From positions 1 through 38,999 of the forward strand of contig JACRCW010000009.1 of assembly GCA_016218805.1 (NCBI GenBank): a DNA stretch of 38,999 nucleotides, given 5' to 3'. Numbering within the stretch: position 1 is the stretch's first letter; every line of letters begins with the position of its first letter. The DNA comes from Deltaproteobacteria bacterium (GTDB lineage: Bacteria > Myxococcota > JACRCW01). This document shows positions 18,590-27,866 of this stretch, in pieces. A program made the translations under genes and the position numbers. A model generated the notes under the pieces. The model had not been told where the DNA came from. It saw nothing but the letters and a program-made list of their open reading frames with translations, and ran no database searches.

Positions 18590-19984
18590 ATGGTGTCCAC
18601 CAGTCCGACTGAACCGTCCGCTCCTGTTGTCCCCGTCCACGACGATCCGGCGCTTCTGAGCCGGGCCCTGCGCACGGACGGCCGGCGGGTGAAGATGCAC
18701 CCGCTGGAAACCAGCGGGCGGTTCAGCCGGGTCCAAGTGTTCCTGTTTCCCGCCCTTATCGCTTTCTACGCGGTGCTCCCGTGGGTCAACGTGGGCGGCC
18801 ACCCCGCGGTGCTCATTGACATCCCCAACCGCCGCTTCTTCCTGTTCGGGCTGACGTTCAATTCCACGGATTTCTACCTCGCATTCTTTGTGCTCAGCGG
18901 GATTGGTTTCTCGCTGTTTGTGGTGAGCGCGCTGTTTGGGCGCGTCTGGTGCGGCTACGCGTGCCCGCAGACGGTGTACCTGGAGGGCGTGTACCGGAAG
19001 ATTGAAGCGCTCATGGAGGGCCCCGCGCGCAAGCGCGCGCAGCGCGAAGCGGGCGGGTGGACGCTGGACCGCCTGGCGCGCCTGGCGGTGAAGCACGCGC
19101 TGTTCCTGGCGGTGTCGTTCGTGGTGGCGCACCTGTTCATCGCGTATTTCGCGTCCGCGGAGGGCGTGCTGGCCATGATTCGGCAGAACCCGGCGGAGAA
19201 CCTCACGCCGTTCCTGTGGGCCTGGGGGACAACGCTGCTGCTGTATTTCAACTTTGCGTGGTTCCGGGAGCAGCTGTGCATTGTGCTGTGCCCGTACGGC
19301 CGGCTGCAGGGTGCGCTGTATGACGCGGACACCATCACGGTGGGTTACGACACGCGCCGCGGCGAACCGCGCGGCAAGAAAGGTAGCACCACGGGTGATT
19401 GCGTGGACTGCCGCAAGTGCGTGCTGGTGTGCCCCACCGGGATTGATATTCGCAATGGCAACCAGCTGGAGTGCGTGGGCTGCGCGCACTGCATTGACGC
19501 GTGTGATGACGTGATGGTGCAGGTTGGGCGGGCCACCGGGCTCATCCGCTATGACTCGCTGGCGGGCCTGGAGGGGCGCGCCCGCCGGTTCCTGCGCCCG
19601 CGCCTGTACGGCTACCTGGTGGCCGCGCTGGCCGGCCTGGCCGCGCTGACCACGGCGGTGAGCGTGCGCAAGAGCTTTGACGCCGCGTTGCTGCGCGCGC
19701 AGGCCAACCCGCGGGAGCGCCAGGGGGACCTGGTGATCCAGCGGTTTGTGGTGCACGTGAACAGCAAGAGCGACGAGCCACGCACCTTTGAGATCAGCCT
19801 GGAGGCCCCCGCGGGCGCCGAGGTGATCCTCCCGATGAAGACGCTGGAGTTGCAGCCGTTTGAGAGCCGGCACGTGCCGGCGATTGTCTCGCTGCCGTTT
19901 GAGAAGAGCGGCAGCGGCGTGTTGAAGCTGCGCACGGTGGAGAAGGAAAGCGGGAAAAGCCGCGAATCCCAGCTGCCCCTGTGA
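18590..19984 (+). CDS. ccoG: Cytochrome c oxidase accessory polyferredoxin CcoG/FixG
   Basis: GRVWCGYACPQTV, REQLCIVLCPYGRLQ, CVDCRKCVLVCPTGIDIR, ECVGCAHCIDACD. Confidence 0.95.
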   Translation: MVSTSPTEPSAPVVPVHDDPALLSRALRTDGRRVKMHPLETSGRFSRVQVFLFPALIAFYAVLPWVNVGGHPAVLIDIPNRRFFLFGLTFNSTDFYLAFFVLSGIGFSLFVVSALFGRVWCGYACPQTVYLEGVYRKIEALMEGPARKRAQREAGGWTLDRLARLAVKHALFLAVSFVVAHLFIAYFASAEGVLAMIRQNPAENLTPFLWAWGTTLLLYFNFAWFREQLCIVLCPYGRLQGALYDADTITVGYDTRRGEPRGKKGSTTGDCVDCRKCVLVCPTGIDIRNGNQLECVGCAHCIDACDDVMVQVGRATGLIRYDSLAGLEGRARRFLRPRLYGYLVAALAGLAALTTAVSVRKSFDAALLRAQANPRERQGDLVIQRFVVHVNSKSDEPRTFEISLEAPAGAEVILPMKTLELQPFESRHVPAIVSLPFEKSGSGVLKLRTVEKESGKSRESQLPL

Positions 19985-20005
19985 ACCCGCCACACCTGAC
20001 CGCGC

Positions 20006-20707
20006 TCACACCCCCAGGAACGCGAGCAGCGCACCCAGATCGTCGTCAGACAGGGCCTCCAGGCTGAAGAACGGCATGTTCCCGCCCACCCCGTAGAACT
20101 GCCCGTGCCGGACCTTCTCCACAAACACCAACGCCCGCGGCACACCGGGGAAGATGACCGCGTAATCATCCGCCACGCCGGGCAGGAGCGGGGCCAGGCG
20201 CGTGGCGCGGCCTTCACCGGTGTGGGGGGCGCCGTGGCAGGCCCGGCACGCCGCGTCGTAGACGGTGGCGCCGCGCCCGGGGTCACCGCGGGGGACGTCC
20301 GCCGCGTCGCGCGGGAGCGTCATGGGCAGCGTCTGCGCGGCGCCGCCTTCCCGTGACGCCAGGAACTCATACAGCTGCCGCGCGCGCTCATCTTCACGCC
20401 GCCACGGCTGGCCGCGCATGAAGTACACCAGACACGTGTTCACCGCGGCCAACAGGTCGCGTTCGGCGCCGCCCCAGGTGCGCGCGCGCCGCGTCACACC
20501 CGCCAGGTCCGCGCCGGGGAGGATGCGGGCGGTGTCCCGTTCTCCATCCGCGCGGTGGCACGTGGCACGGGCAAACACGTTGAACGCGCTGTCACTCAGC
20601 TCCGCGGATTGGAACAGCGCGCGGCCCCGCTCTTGCGCTGGGACGTCCACCACAGCGCCCGGAGCGCAGGCCGCGGCCAGCAGCATCCCGACAAGCGCGC
20701 GCTTCAC
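20006..20707 (-). CDS. Dihaem c-type cytochrome lipoprotein, TsdA/SoxA-like (first haem motif reads RxxCH)
   Basis: The GTG at 20707 overlaps the upstream TGA; lipobox LAAAC; RATCH, NTCLVYFMRG, CRACHG, GGNMP. Confidence 0.75.
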   Translation of the reverse strand: MKRALVGMLLAAACAPGAVVDVPAQERGRALFQSAELSDSAFNVFARATCHRADGERDTARILPGADLAGVTRRARTWGGAERDLLAAVNTCLVYFMRGQPWRREDERARQLYEFLASREGGAAQTLPMTLPRDAADVPRGDPGRGATVYDAACRACHGAPHTGEGRATRLAPLLPGVADDYAVIFPGVPRALVFVEKVRHGQFYGVGGNMPFFSLEALSDDDLGALLAFLGV

Positions 20708-21892
20708 GGGACCACCCCCGCCATGTCCGGGAACACGCCCGCGGGGGTGACGCTGACGACGGCGAGCGTGGACAACGCCACCCGCACGACGGTGCCGGGT
20801 GTCTGGTGATCGCCCTCGCACGCCAGGTACGCGGTCTCCCCGTCCGCGGCCACCGTGGGCTCATGAGCGTTGGTGCAGGTGGCCGGGTTCCATGCGCAAC
20901 GCGGGCCGGCGCAGCTGCCGCGTGACCGGGTCCACCTCAACGAGCTCAGCACTCTCCCGCACGGCGACGAGCAGCGTGCCGGCGGGCGTGAACACGCTGC
21001 CATGCGGGCCGGCTGACAGCGTGGGGCCGGCGGTGACGCTCCAGTCCGCGGGGTCCACCACTCTCAGCGTTCGGCTGCGCTGACAGGACAACCACAAGGT
21101 GCCATCAGCCGGGTTGCGCGCCAGCGCCATGGGCTCATGCACCGTGGCAGGCGGCGTGATGGGTGCGCTGCCGACGTCATGCAGCACGACGCGCGGGGGT
21201 GAGGCGGCCAGGTCCACCTCGGCCACCTGGTCCGCCAGCGCGCAGGCCACGAACAGGATGTTGCGTTCCTCGTCCAGCGCCATGCCGTACGCGCCCGCAC
21301 ACACCGGCAGCAGCGGGGCCCGCGCCAGGGTGGCGGCGTCCACCAGGGCCACCGTACCCGCCATGTCCGCCAGCGTGCCGCCGCTCTGCACCTTGCGTGG
21401 GTCGTAGTGGGACACGACCCCCCCGCGCGCCCGCGCGGTCCATGATGATCTCACCCGGGCTGCGGTCCAGGCCCACCACGCAGGCGGGCAGCAACGTGGC
21501 GGCGTCCAGGCGCAGCAACAGGCCCGGGACGTCGCTGTTGCCGGTAGCGCCGTGCGGGCCGCCCGCGCCCTCCAGCACCGTGTTGGTGAGCGGCACGTAC
21601 AGGTGGCGGTGGTCCGGCGTGATGACGAGGTGGTGCGGGCCTTCGGGCTGCATGGGCAGCAGGCCCACGGGCACGCGGTGCAGCTCCGCGCCGCTTGTGC
21701 CATCCAGCACGCTCAGCGTGTCCTCGCCGAAGTTGGTGACGACGACGTGACCCGGCTGCAGCCCGGGGAAGTCCGCGGGCGGGGGAACCACGCGGACAGC
21801 GCGTACACCACGCGCTCGGCGGGCGGCGGATCACACGGGCCCGCGCCCAACAGCGCGGCCACAACGGCAACCGCGGTGACCGGGCGGATCAC
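20704..21892 (-). pseudogene. YncE/YVTN-like beta-propeller (~395 aa once repaired), split by three homopolymer frameshifts; probably sequencing errors in an intact gene
   Basis: Contiguous propeller blades (VVTNFGEDTLSVLD, PEGPHHLVITPD, AYGMALD, HEPMALA, GPHGSVFTP, NAHEPTV, FPDMAGV) run across four ORF pieces joined at 21781-21785, 21418-21424 and 20885-20887. GTGA overlaps at both ends. Confidence 0.75.
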
Positions 21893-22503
21893 TGGATGTG
21901 GAACCGGCGCAGGCCCGGGGCGCGGTACGGCCCCTGGCTGATGGCGTTTTGGATGACGTACGCGGTGATGATCTCCGCGGTGAGTTCCTGCGTTCCGGCC
22001 AGCTTGAGCGCGTTCCACGCGGCCGCGTCCGCAGCCCAGGCGCCCTCCGTGGTCAGCACGGTGACGTCATCCTGGCCGGGCACGTGGAAGATGAGCCAGC
22101 TGAGGTCACCGGTGACAGGCGCGCCGTGCGCGCGGGCCGCGGCCACCAGCGTCAACTGCAGCGCGTGACGCAGTTCCGGTGCGGGCCGGCCGCGCTCACC
22201 GGGCGCGGGGCGGTGCAGGGCCAGCGGCGTGTTCCACGCAAAGGTGGCCGGCGTGTCCGGCGCAAACGACTGTCCCTCCGTGGGCACAAAGAACGTGCTC
22301 CCGTGCGCCGCGTCCTCGACGGTGCGGCTGCGCGCGTCCGCCATGGCCCGCCAGGCCTCGTCGGTGGCTTCGCCCGCGTAGATGGGCTCCGGACCCAGGT
22401 CCGGCCCGCCGCTGCTGGAACTGCTGCCGCCCCGGCCGGGCCACCCGCAGGTCAGCACGCTCCCCAGCAGGAACACCCCGGCCATGACCATGGCGCGCGT
22501 CAT
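21889..22503 (-). CDS. Hypothetical exported protein / lipoprotein
   Basis: ATG 22503 after AGGAGG; hydrophobic leader ending VLTC; Ser/Gly linker; globular domain with an internal AARAHGAP. Confidence 0.7.
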   Translation of the reverse strand: MTRAMVMAGVFLLGSVLTCGWPGRGGSSSSSGGPDLGPEPIYAGEATDEAWRAMADARSRTVEDAAHGSTFFVPTEGQSFAPDTPATFAWNTPLALHRPAPGERGRPAPELRHALQLTLVAAARAHGAPVTGDLSWLIFHVPGQDDVTVLTTEGAWAADAAAWNALKLAGTQELTAEIITAYVIQNAISQGPYRAPGLRRFHIQ

Positions 22504-22529
22504 CCGCCCCTCCTTCCCCGCCGTCCCAC

Positions 22530-23225
22530 TCAACCCGCCACCAGCGCCCACACGGCCGCGCTTCCCCACACTGAGCCCAACACCAACGACACGGCGCCCG
22601 CAACGCCCGCCACCCACCGCGAGACGCGCGGCGACGACGTGTAACGCTGCAGGCCGGCCCCGGCCAGCGCGCTGAGCACCGTCATCCCCGCCACGCTGCC
22701 CAGGCCGAACATCGCGATGAACCCGAGCCGTTCGCCCGCGCTGCGCGCCCCCGCAATGGCCAGCGCCACCAGGGCCCCTGATCCGGCCAGGCCGTGCACC
22801 ACGCCGACGAGGAGCGGGCGGCGCAGCAGGGTCCACTGCCCCAGGTGGACGTGTTCTCCCGGTGCGGGGTGGGCGTGGCGATGCGGCCCGTGCCGGTGCT
22901 CCACCACGGTGCCCACACCGTCATGCCTGAGTGAGCCCCACAGCGCACGCGCCCCCAGCGCGCACAGCATCACGCCCACGCACGCCTCCAGCAGGGCACC
23001 CACGCCCGGCGGGAGGCCGCGCTGCAGCACCGCCAACACGCCGCCCAACAGCAGCAAGCCAGACGTGTGACCCGCGCCCCACAGGGCGCCCAGCACCAGC
23101 CCCGCGCGGGACCCGCGCTGGTCCGCCACCAGCGTGGACACGGCCGCCAGGTGGTCCGGCTCCAGCGCATGCCGCACGCCCAACGCCAGGCCCAGCGTCC
23201 ACGCCGTCAGCGCGATTTCGTCCAT
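22530..23225 (-). CDS. UreH / NiCoT-like nickel-cobalt permease (urease accessory-like)
   Basis: GVRHALEPDHLAAV, WGAGHT, His-rich loop HRHGPHRHAHP, VGVVHGLAGSG; about six TM helices. Confidence 0.85.
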   Translation of the reverse strand: MDEIALTAWTLGLALGVRHALEPDHLAAVSTLVADQRGSRAGLVLGALWGAGHTSGLLLLGGVLAVLQRGLPPGVGALLEACVGVMLCALGARALWGSLRHDGVGTVVEHRHGPHRHAHPAPGEHVHLGQWTLLRRPLLVGVVHGLAGSGALVALAIAGARSAGERLGFIAMFGLGSVAGMTVLSALAGAGLQRYTSSPRVSRWVAGVAGAVSLVLGSVWGSAAVWALVAG

Positions 23226-23258
23226 GATGCAGGGCGGTAGCGGTGGACAAATACTAAG

Positions 23259-24704
23259 TCAACGACGTGGGGACGCGCCGTCTGATTCGGGATCCCCGGG
23301 CGGGAGGCCCGCGCGCATGCGGTCCATTTCCGCGCGCAGCCACGCCTCGTCCATGGTCCGCGCACCAAGCAGCCACCGCCGCGCCGCCCCCAGCCGGCGC
23401 ACGCCCTCCAGGACGGCCGTGGCCTCATCCATGCGGCCGGATTGGGCCAGCGCCTCCGCGTAGGTATGCGAAATCGCGGGCGACGGCCCCAGCAGGCCAC
23501 CGAGGCCACCGGCGGAGAGCCGCCGGGCGCGCTCTGCCTGGTTGCGGGCGGTGCGCAGTTCCTCGTCGGACAGGTGGCCGCGGCACAACAGGAACCACGC
23601 ATGGTCATTGGCGAAGGTGGCGCTGTCCGGGAACATGTACGCGAGGCGGCCGAGTATCCGCGCCGCGACGTCAAAGTCGCCCTGGCGGCGGTGCTCTTCC
23701 GCCAGCAGGAGCAGCACGCGCACCAGCCGCTCCACGTCCACGCGTGGCTCCCCGACGGGCGGCATGGGGTCCTGCGCCAACAGCAGCGCCAGGCTTTCCT
23801 CAGCGCACTGCGGCAGGTCGAGCAGGCGGCACTGCCAGTACCGCATGCCCAGCGTTCCCGGGTCCGTCGCCACATCCACCGGTGTGTTCAACATGTCCCG
23901 GGTCTGTTCGCGGTCGTTGCGTTCAATTGCGTCGCGCGCGCGGGCCTCGTCGTGCCGCGGGCCCGCCGGCGGACGCGTAGCCAGTGCAAACCCAACGGTG
24001 GCCATCAACGCAAAGGCCACGCTGGTGACCAGCGTCAACGGGGCCAGCGGACCGCGCACGCGCGCGGACATCAGCGCGGCGCCCAGCAGCGTACCGCCCA
24101 GCAGGCCGCCCAGGTGCGCCAGGTTGTCAATACGGATGCCTCCGGGCGTGGCGTTGCTCCACACGCCAAACGCGAGGTTCATCAGGATGATCCACACCAA
24201 CTGGCCGCGCATGCGGCGCATGACGGGTGCGTCATCCGGGGACGCAAAGAACGACAACGCGAAGGTGGCTCCCGCAAAACCGAACACCGCGCCGGAGGCG
24301 CCCACGCTGATGCCGCCGGAGGACCACAGCACGCTGGCCAGGGAACCCAGCAGCGCGCTCCCCAGGTACAGCCCCGCCGTGCGCACCGCGCCCAGCTGCA
24401 TCTCCACCCAGGCGCCCAGCGCCCACAGCGAGTACATGTTGAGCCCGATGTGCAGCACGCCCCCGTGCAGGAACGCGCTGGCCAGCAGGCGCCACCACTC
24501 GCCTGCCCACACGCGCGCTGCGTCGTTGGCGCCCAGCGTCACCAGCACCTCAGGCCGGGGCGTGCCGCCGGACAGCCACGTCTCCGCCGCATAGGCCAGC
24601 ACGTTGAGCGCAATGAGGACGTTGATGGCGGGCGTGGGCGGCGGGCGGGGCCGCTGCTGCGCGGACTGCTCCCGTCCGGGCGGGTCAAGTGAATCAATGG
24701 TCAT
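23259..24704 (-). CDS. Rhomboid intramembrane serine protease with C-terminal helical/TPR-like region
   Basis: GEWWRLLASAFLHGGVLHIGLNM, VGASGAVFG (catalytic Ser), AHLGGLLGG (catalytic His); ATGA overlap with the kinase stop. Confidence 0.9.
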   Translation of the reverse strand: MTIDSLDPPGREQSAQQRPRPPPTPAINVLIALNVLAYAAETWLSGGTPRPEVLVTLGANDAARVWAGEWWRLLASAFLHGGVLHIGLNMYSLWALGAWVEMQLGAVRTAGLYLGSALLGSLASVLWSSGGISVGASGAVFGFAGATFALSFFASPDDAPVMRRMRGQLVWIILMNLAFGVWSNATPGGIRIDNLAHLGGLLGGTLLGAALMSARVRGPLAPLTLVTSVAFALMATVGFALATRPPAGPRHDEARARDAIERNDREQTRDMLNTPVDVATDPGTLGMRYWQCRLLDLPQCAEESLALLLAQDPMPPVGEPRVDVERLVRVLLLLAEEHRRQGDFDVAARILGRLAYMFPDSATFANDHAWFLLCRGHLSDEELRTARNQAERARRLSAGGLGGLLGPSPAISHTYAEALAQSGRMDEATAVLEGVRRLGAARRWLLGARTMDEAWLRAEMDRMRAGLPPGDPESDGASPRR

Positions 24705-27058
24705 GGCGTGCCCAGCTTCTTCTTCAACCGCCGCTCGGCCGCGCCGAGCATCTCCGTGACGCAACCGGGGTCACCACCGGGGTCCGCGCGGGCCGCGGAC
24801 AGCGCGGACAGCGCGCGCGTGTCCCCCAGTTCCTCCAGGCCGCGGACCGCCTGCTGGCGGCGCACGCACTCCGTCTCCAGCCTGACGTCCTTGAGGTAGA
24901 CGCCCACCCAATCCACGTCTGGCGCCAGCTCCAGTTCCTTGAGCGCCTGCGCCGCATGGTGCCGCACGTGGAACCGCTCTGAGGTGGTGCGGTCCTTCAG
25001 CGCGTCCCGCGCGCGCGCGCCCCAGTGTTTCACCACCAGCCGCCGCGGCAGGCGGTCCTTCATGTCCATGGCGGCCAGGATTCCCTCCAGCGTCTCGTCA
25101 TCCGCCAGCTTGCCGTCCCGCCCCAGGGCCTCCTCCCACTGCTCCAGGCCCTCCAGTTTGCGCCCGGACTGCAACAGCGCCTTGCCGTACCACCACTGCG
25201 CACGCGGCTCCTCCGCCACGCGCGTCTCCAACAGGCGCGCCGCCGCGGCGGGCTTGCCGTCATCCAACAGGTCCTTCTCCTTGCGGTAGGGGTCCAGGGC
25301 GCGCGGGATCACCAGGCCCAGCACCAGCGCGCCCAACAGCGTGGGCACCCCCACCGCCACCTTGACCCGGTGCGGCGGCGGCACGCGTGCCCACAGCACC
25401 GCGGCGCCCGCGGCGGCGCGCGCCAGCAGCGGGTTGGCACGCGCGGTGAGCTCCCGTGCGCCCCGCCCCACCCCGTCCACCACCGCGCGCGCGCCCTTGT
25501 CCAGGCCCTCCAGCGCCTCGCCGCCGGAACGCTCCTTGACGCCAAACGGCGGTCCCCCGGCGGACGCAACGCCAGGCATGGGCAGCGCCCGGAACAGGCG
25601 CACCGGGACGGGCACGCCCTTGAGCTCGTGGCTGCCCACGCCTTCGGCGGGCACCTCGGAGCGGTTCATGGCCAGGTACACCGCGTCCCCAAACCACACC
25701 TGCCCCGGTTCCGCCTTGGCCATCACGCGCGCCGCCACGTTGACCGGGTCACCAAACACGTCACCACGGTCCAGGCGCACCTCGCCCAGGTTGATGCCCA
25801 CGCGCAGTTGCCAGGACATGATGGGCGGCTTGCCGCGGGACCACGCCCACGCCGCGTCCACCGCCGCCATGCCAAACAGCACCGCATCCGTGGGGGAGCC
25901 AAAGGTGCACAACACCGTCCCGTACGCCTGCTTGATGAACCGCCCGCCCCGCTGGCGGATGAGCCGCTTCATCCCGTCCCCAAACGCGCCCACCCACTCG
26001 GTGTTCTCGTCCCGCGTCTGCTGCTGCGTGCGCTCCTGGAAGTCCAGCAGGTCCACAAAACACAGCGCCAGGTTCTCCGTTTTCAGGGCCCGGTCCAGCT
26101 GCGCGGTGCTCCCGGAGGCGGGCGCCGGTGGCGGCGGGACCAGGCCGGAGGCGGACACGCGCGCGGCGCCGGGCGCGGCGGGACTGGCGCCCAGCGCGCC
26201 GTCCAGGGCCACCAGGACATCGTCGTGGGTGGGGAAGCGGCCCTCCGGCTCGCGCGCCATCAGGCGCAGCACCAGGTTGTTGGTGGCCACGGTGAGGTCC
26301 GGACGGCGCACGCGCGGGGGCTCCGGCGTCCGGGTGAAGTGCGCGGTGACCACTTCCTGCGGCGTGGCACCGGTGAACGGCGGCGTCCCCACCAAGAGCT
26401 CGTAAAGCGTACAACCCATGGCGTACATGTCCGCGCGCGCATCCACGCTCTGGCCCCGCGCCTGCTCCGGCGCCATGTACTCGGGCGTCCCCAGGATCGT
26501 CGTGGGTGCGGTGAGGCGGTCCCGCCCCCCCTGCGTGGGGAACGCCAGCCCAAAGTCCGTCACCTTCACGCTTTCGCGCGGCGGGGCGCCGGTCACCATC
26601 AGGTTGGCGGGCTTGATGTCCCGGTGCACCACGCCCGCCTTGGCCGCGGCCGCCAGCCCCTGCACGGCCTCCCGCACCAGGGCCAGCGCGCGCGCCTCTG
26701 GCAGCGGCCCGGTCTCGCGCACCATGCGCTCCAGGTCCTTGCCCTCCACCAGCTCCATGACAAAGAACGGTCCGGTTTCCGTCTCGCCCACGTCGTACAC
26801 CTGCACCACCGCCGGGTGGCCCACCTTGGCCAGCGCGCGCGCCTCCAACAGGAACCGCTCGCGCAGTTCCGGGTCCGCCACCGCCGCGGCGGAGAGCGCC
26901 TTGACCGCCACTTCGCGGCCCAGCGCGTCATCCGCGCAGCGCCATACGGTGCCAAACCCGCCGCCGCCCAGCTTCCCCAGCACGCGGTACTTGCCAAACG
27001 CCGTGGGCGTGGCGCCCGCGCCGCCCTCTGCTCCACCCATCAGCACCGTTCCCGTCAT
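24701..27058 (-). CDS. Hanks-type Ser/Thr kinase fused to a class III adenylate-cyclase-like domain, a TM helix and a C-terminal TPR/HEAT-like domain
   Basis: Kinase: GGGGFG, VAVK, HRDIKPAN, DFG, GTPEYMAPE. Cyclase: CFVDL, LRVGINLGEV, DVFGDPVNVAARV, GSHELKGV. TM: VAVGVPTLLGALVLGLVI. Confidence 0.9.
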   Translation of the reverse strand: MTGTVLMGGAEGGAGATPTAFGKYRVLGKLGGGGFGTVWRCADDALGREVAVKALSAAAVADPELRERFLLEARALAKVGHPAVVQVYDVGETETGPFFVMELVEGKDLERMVRETGPLPEARALALVREAVQGLAAAAKAGVVHRDIKPANLMVTGAPPRESVKVTDFGLAFPTQGGRDRLTAPTTILGTPEYMAPEQARGQSVDARADMYAMGCTLYELLVGTPPFTGATPQEVVTAHFTRTPEPPRVRRPDLTVATNNLVLRLMAREPEGRFPTHDDVLVALDGALGASPAAPGAARVSASGLVPPPPAPASGSTAQLDRALKTENLALCFVDLLDFQERTQQQTRDENTEWVGAFGDGMKRLIRQRGGRFIKQAYGTVLCTFGSPTDAVLFGMAAVDAAWAWSRGKPPIMSWQLRVGINLGEVRLDRGDVFGDPVNVAARVMAKAEPGQVWFGDAVYLAMNRSEVPAEGVGSHELKGVPVPVRLFRALPMPGVASAGGPPFGVKERSGGEALEGLDKGARAVVDGVGRGARELTARANPLLARAAAGAAVLWARVPPPHRVKVAVGVPTLLGALVLGLVIPRALDPYRKEKDLLDDGKPAAAARLLETRVAEEPRAQWWYGKALLQSGRKLEGLEQWEEALGRDGKLADDETLEGILAAMDMKDRLPRRLVVKHWGARARDALKDRTTSERFHVRHHAAQALKELELAPDVDWVGVYLKDVRLETECVRRQQAVRGLEELGDTRALSALSAARADPGGDPGCVTEMLGAAERRLKKKLGTP

Positions 27059-27145
27059 GGCCGCGGCAGCATAGCGGAAGACAGGCCGCGCGCAGGGCGT
27101 TGCCACTCCGTCCCGGGAGCGCCACCATGGGCGCCACGTACCCCG

Positions 27146-27862
27146 ATGCCGATCTACCGACTCACGCGCGACCTGGTGTTCCCCCCCGTGGAGCACGCTG
27201 AGGACGGCGTCCTGGCCGTGGGCGGGGACCTGCGCCCGGAGCGGCTGCTGCTGGCCTACCGGCAGGGCATCTTCCCCTGGTACCACGACGGGATCCCCAT
27301 CCTGTGGCACAGCCCGGACCCGCGCGCGGTGCTGTGGACGGACGCGCTGCGGGTGAACCGCACGCTGCGCAAGCTGCTGCGGCGCCGTCCGTACCTGGTC
27401 ACCGTGGACCGCGCGTTCCCCGCCGTCATCCGTGCGTGCAAGGAGGCGTTCCGCCCCGGCCAGGACGGGACCTGGATCACGGACGAGATGGAGGACGCGT
27501 ACACCGCGCTGCACGCGCTGGGGCACGCGCATTCGGTGGAGGCCTGGCAGGGGGACCAACTGGTGGGCGGGCTGTACGGCGTGGCGCTGGGGCGGATGTA
27601 CTTTGGCGAGAGCATGTTCAGCCGCGCCGACAGTGCGTCCAAGGTGGCGGCCATTGGGCTGGTGCAACTGCTGCGCGCCTGGGAGTACCCGGTGGTGGAC
27701 TGCCAGGTGCTCAACGAACACACGCGCGGACTGGGCGCCGTGGAAGTCACCCGCCGCGAATACCTGCGTATCATTGGCCGGCAGCTGCAGCTCCCGGGTC
27801 ACCCGCCGCCGTGGACGGCGGAGCCGTTTGCGCCCGAAGCGCCGGCGTCAGCGGCCGAATGA
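27146..27862 (+). CDS. aat: Leucyl/phenylalanyl-tRNA--protein transferase
   Basis: LAVGGDLRPERLLLAYRQGIFPW, WHSPDPRAVL, GTWIT, AHSVEAW, LVGGLYGV, FGESMFS, ASKVA, DCQ. Confidence 0.95.
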   Translation: MPIYRLTRDLVFPPVEHAEDGVLAVGGDLRPERLLLAYRQGIFPWYHDGIPILWHSPDPRAVLWTDALRVNRTLRKLLRRRPYLVTVDRAFPAVIRACKEAFRPGQDGTWITDEMEDAYTALHALGHAHSVEAWQGDQLVGGLYGVALGRMYFGESMFSRADSASKVAAIGLVQLLRAWEYPVVDCQVLNEHTRGLGAVEVTRREYLRIIGRQLQLPGHPPPWTAEPFAPEAPASAAE

Positions 27863-27866
27863 GCCT

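Noticed and set aside
19960..20005. Possible frameshift truncating the ccoG C-terminus
   Set aside because: The length (464 aa) looks normal for FixG and no alternative frame gives a convincingly better ending.
27059..27802. 248-aa N-terminal extension of the kinase ORF
   Set aside because: It is the antisense of aat; the kinase domain starts just after ATG 27058.
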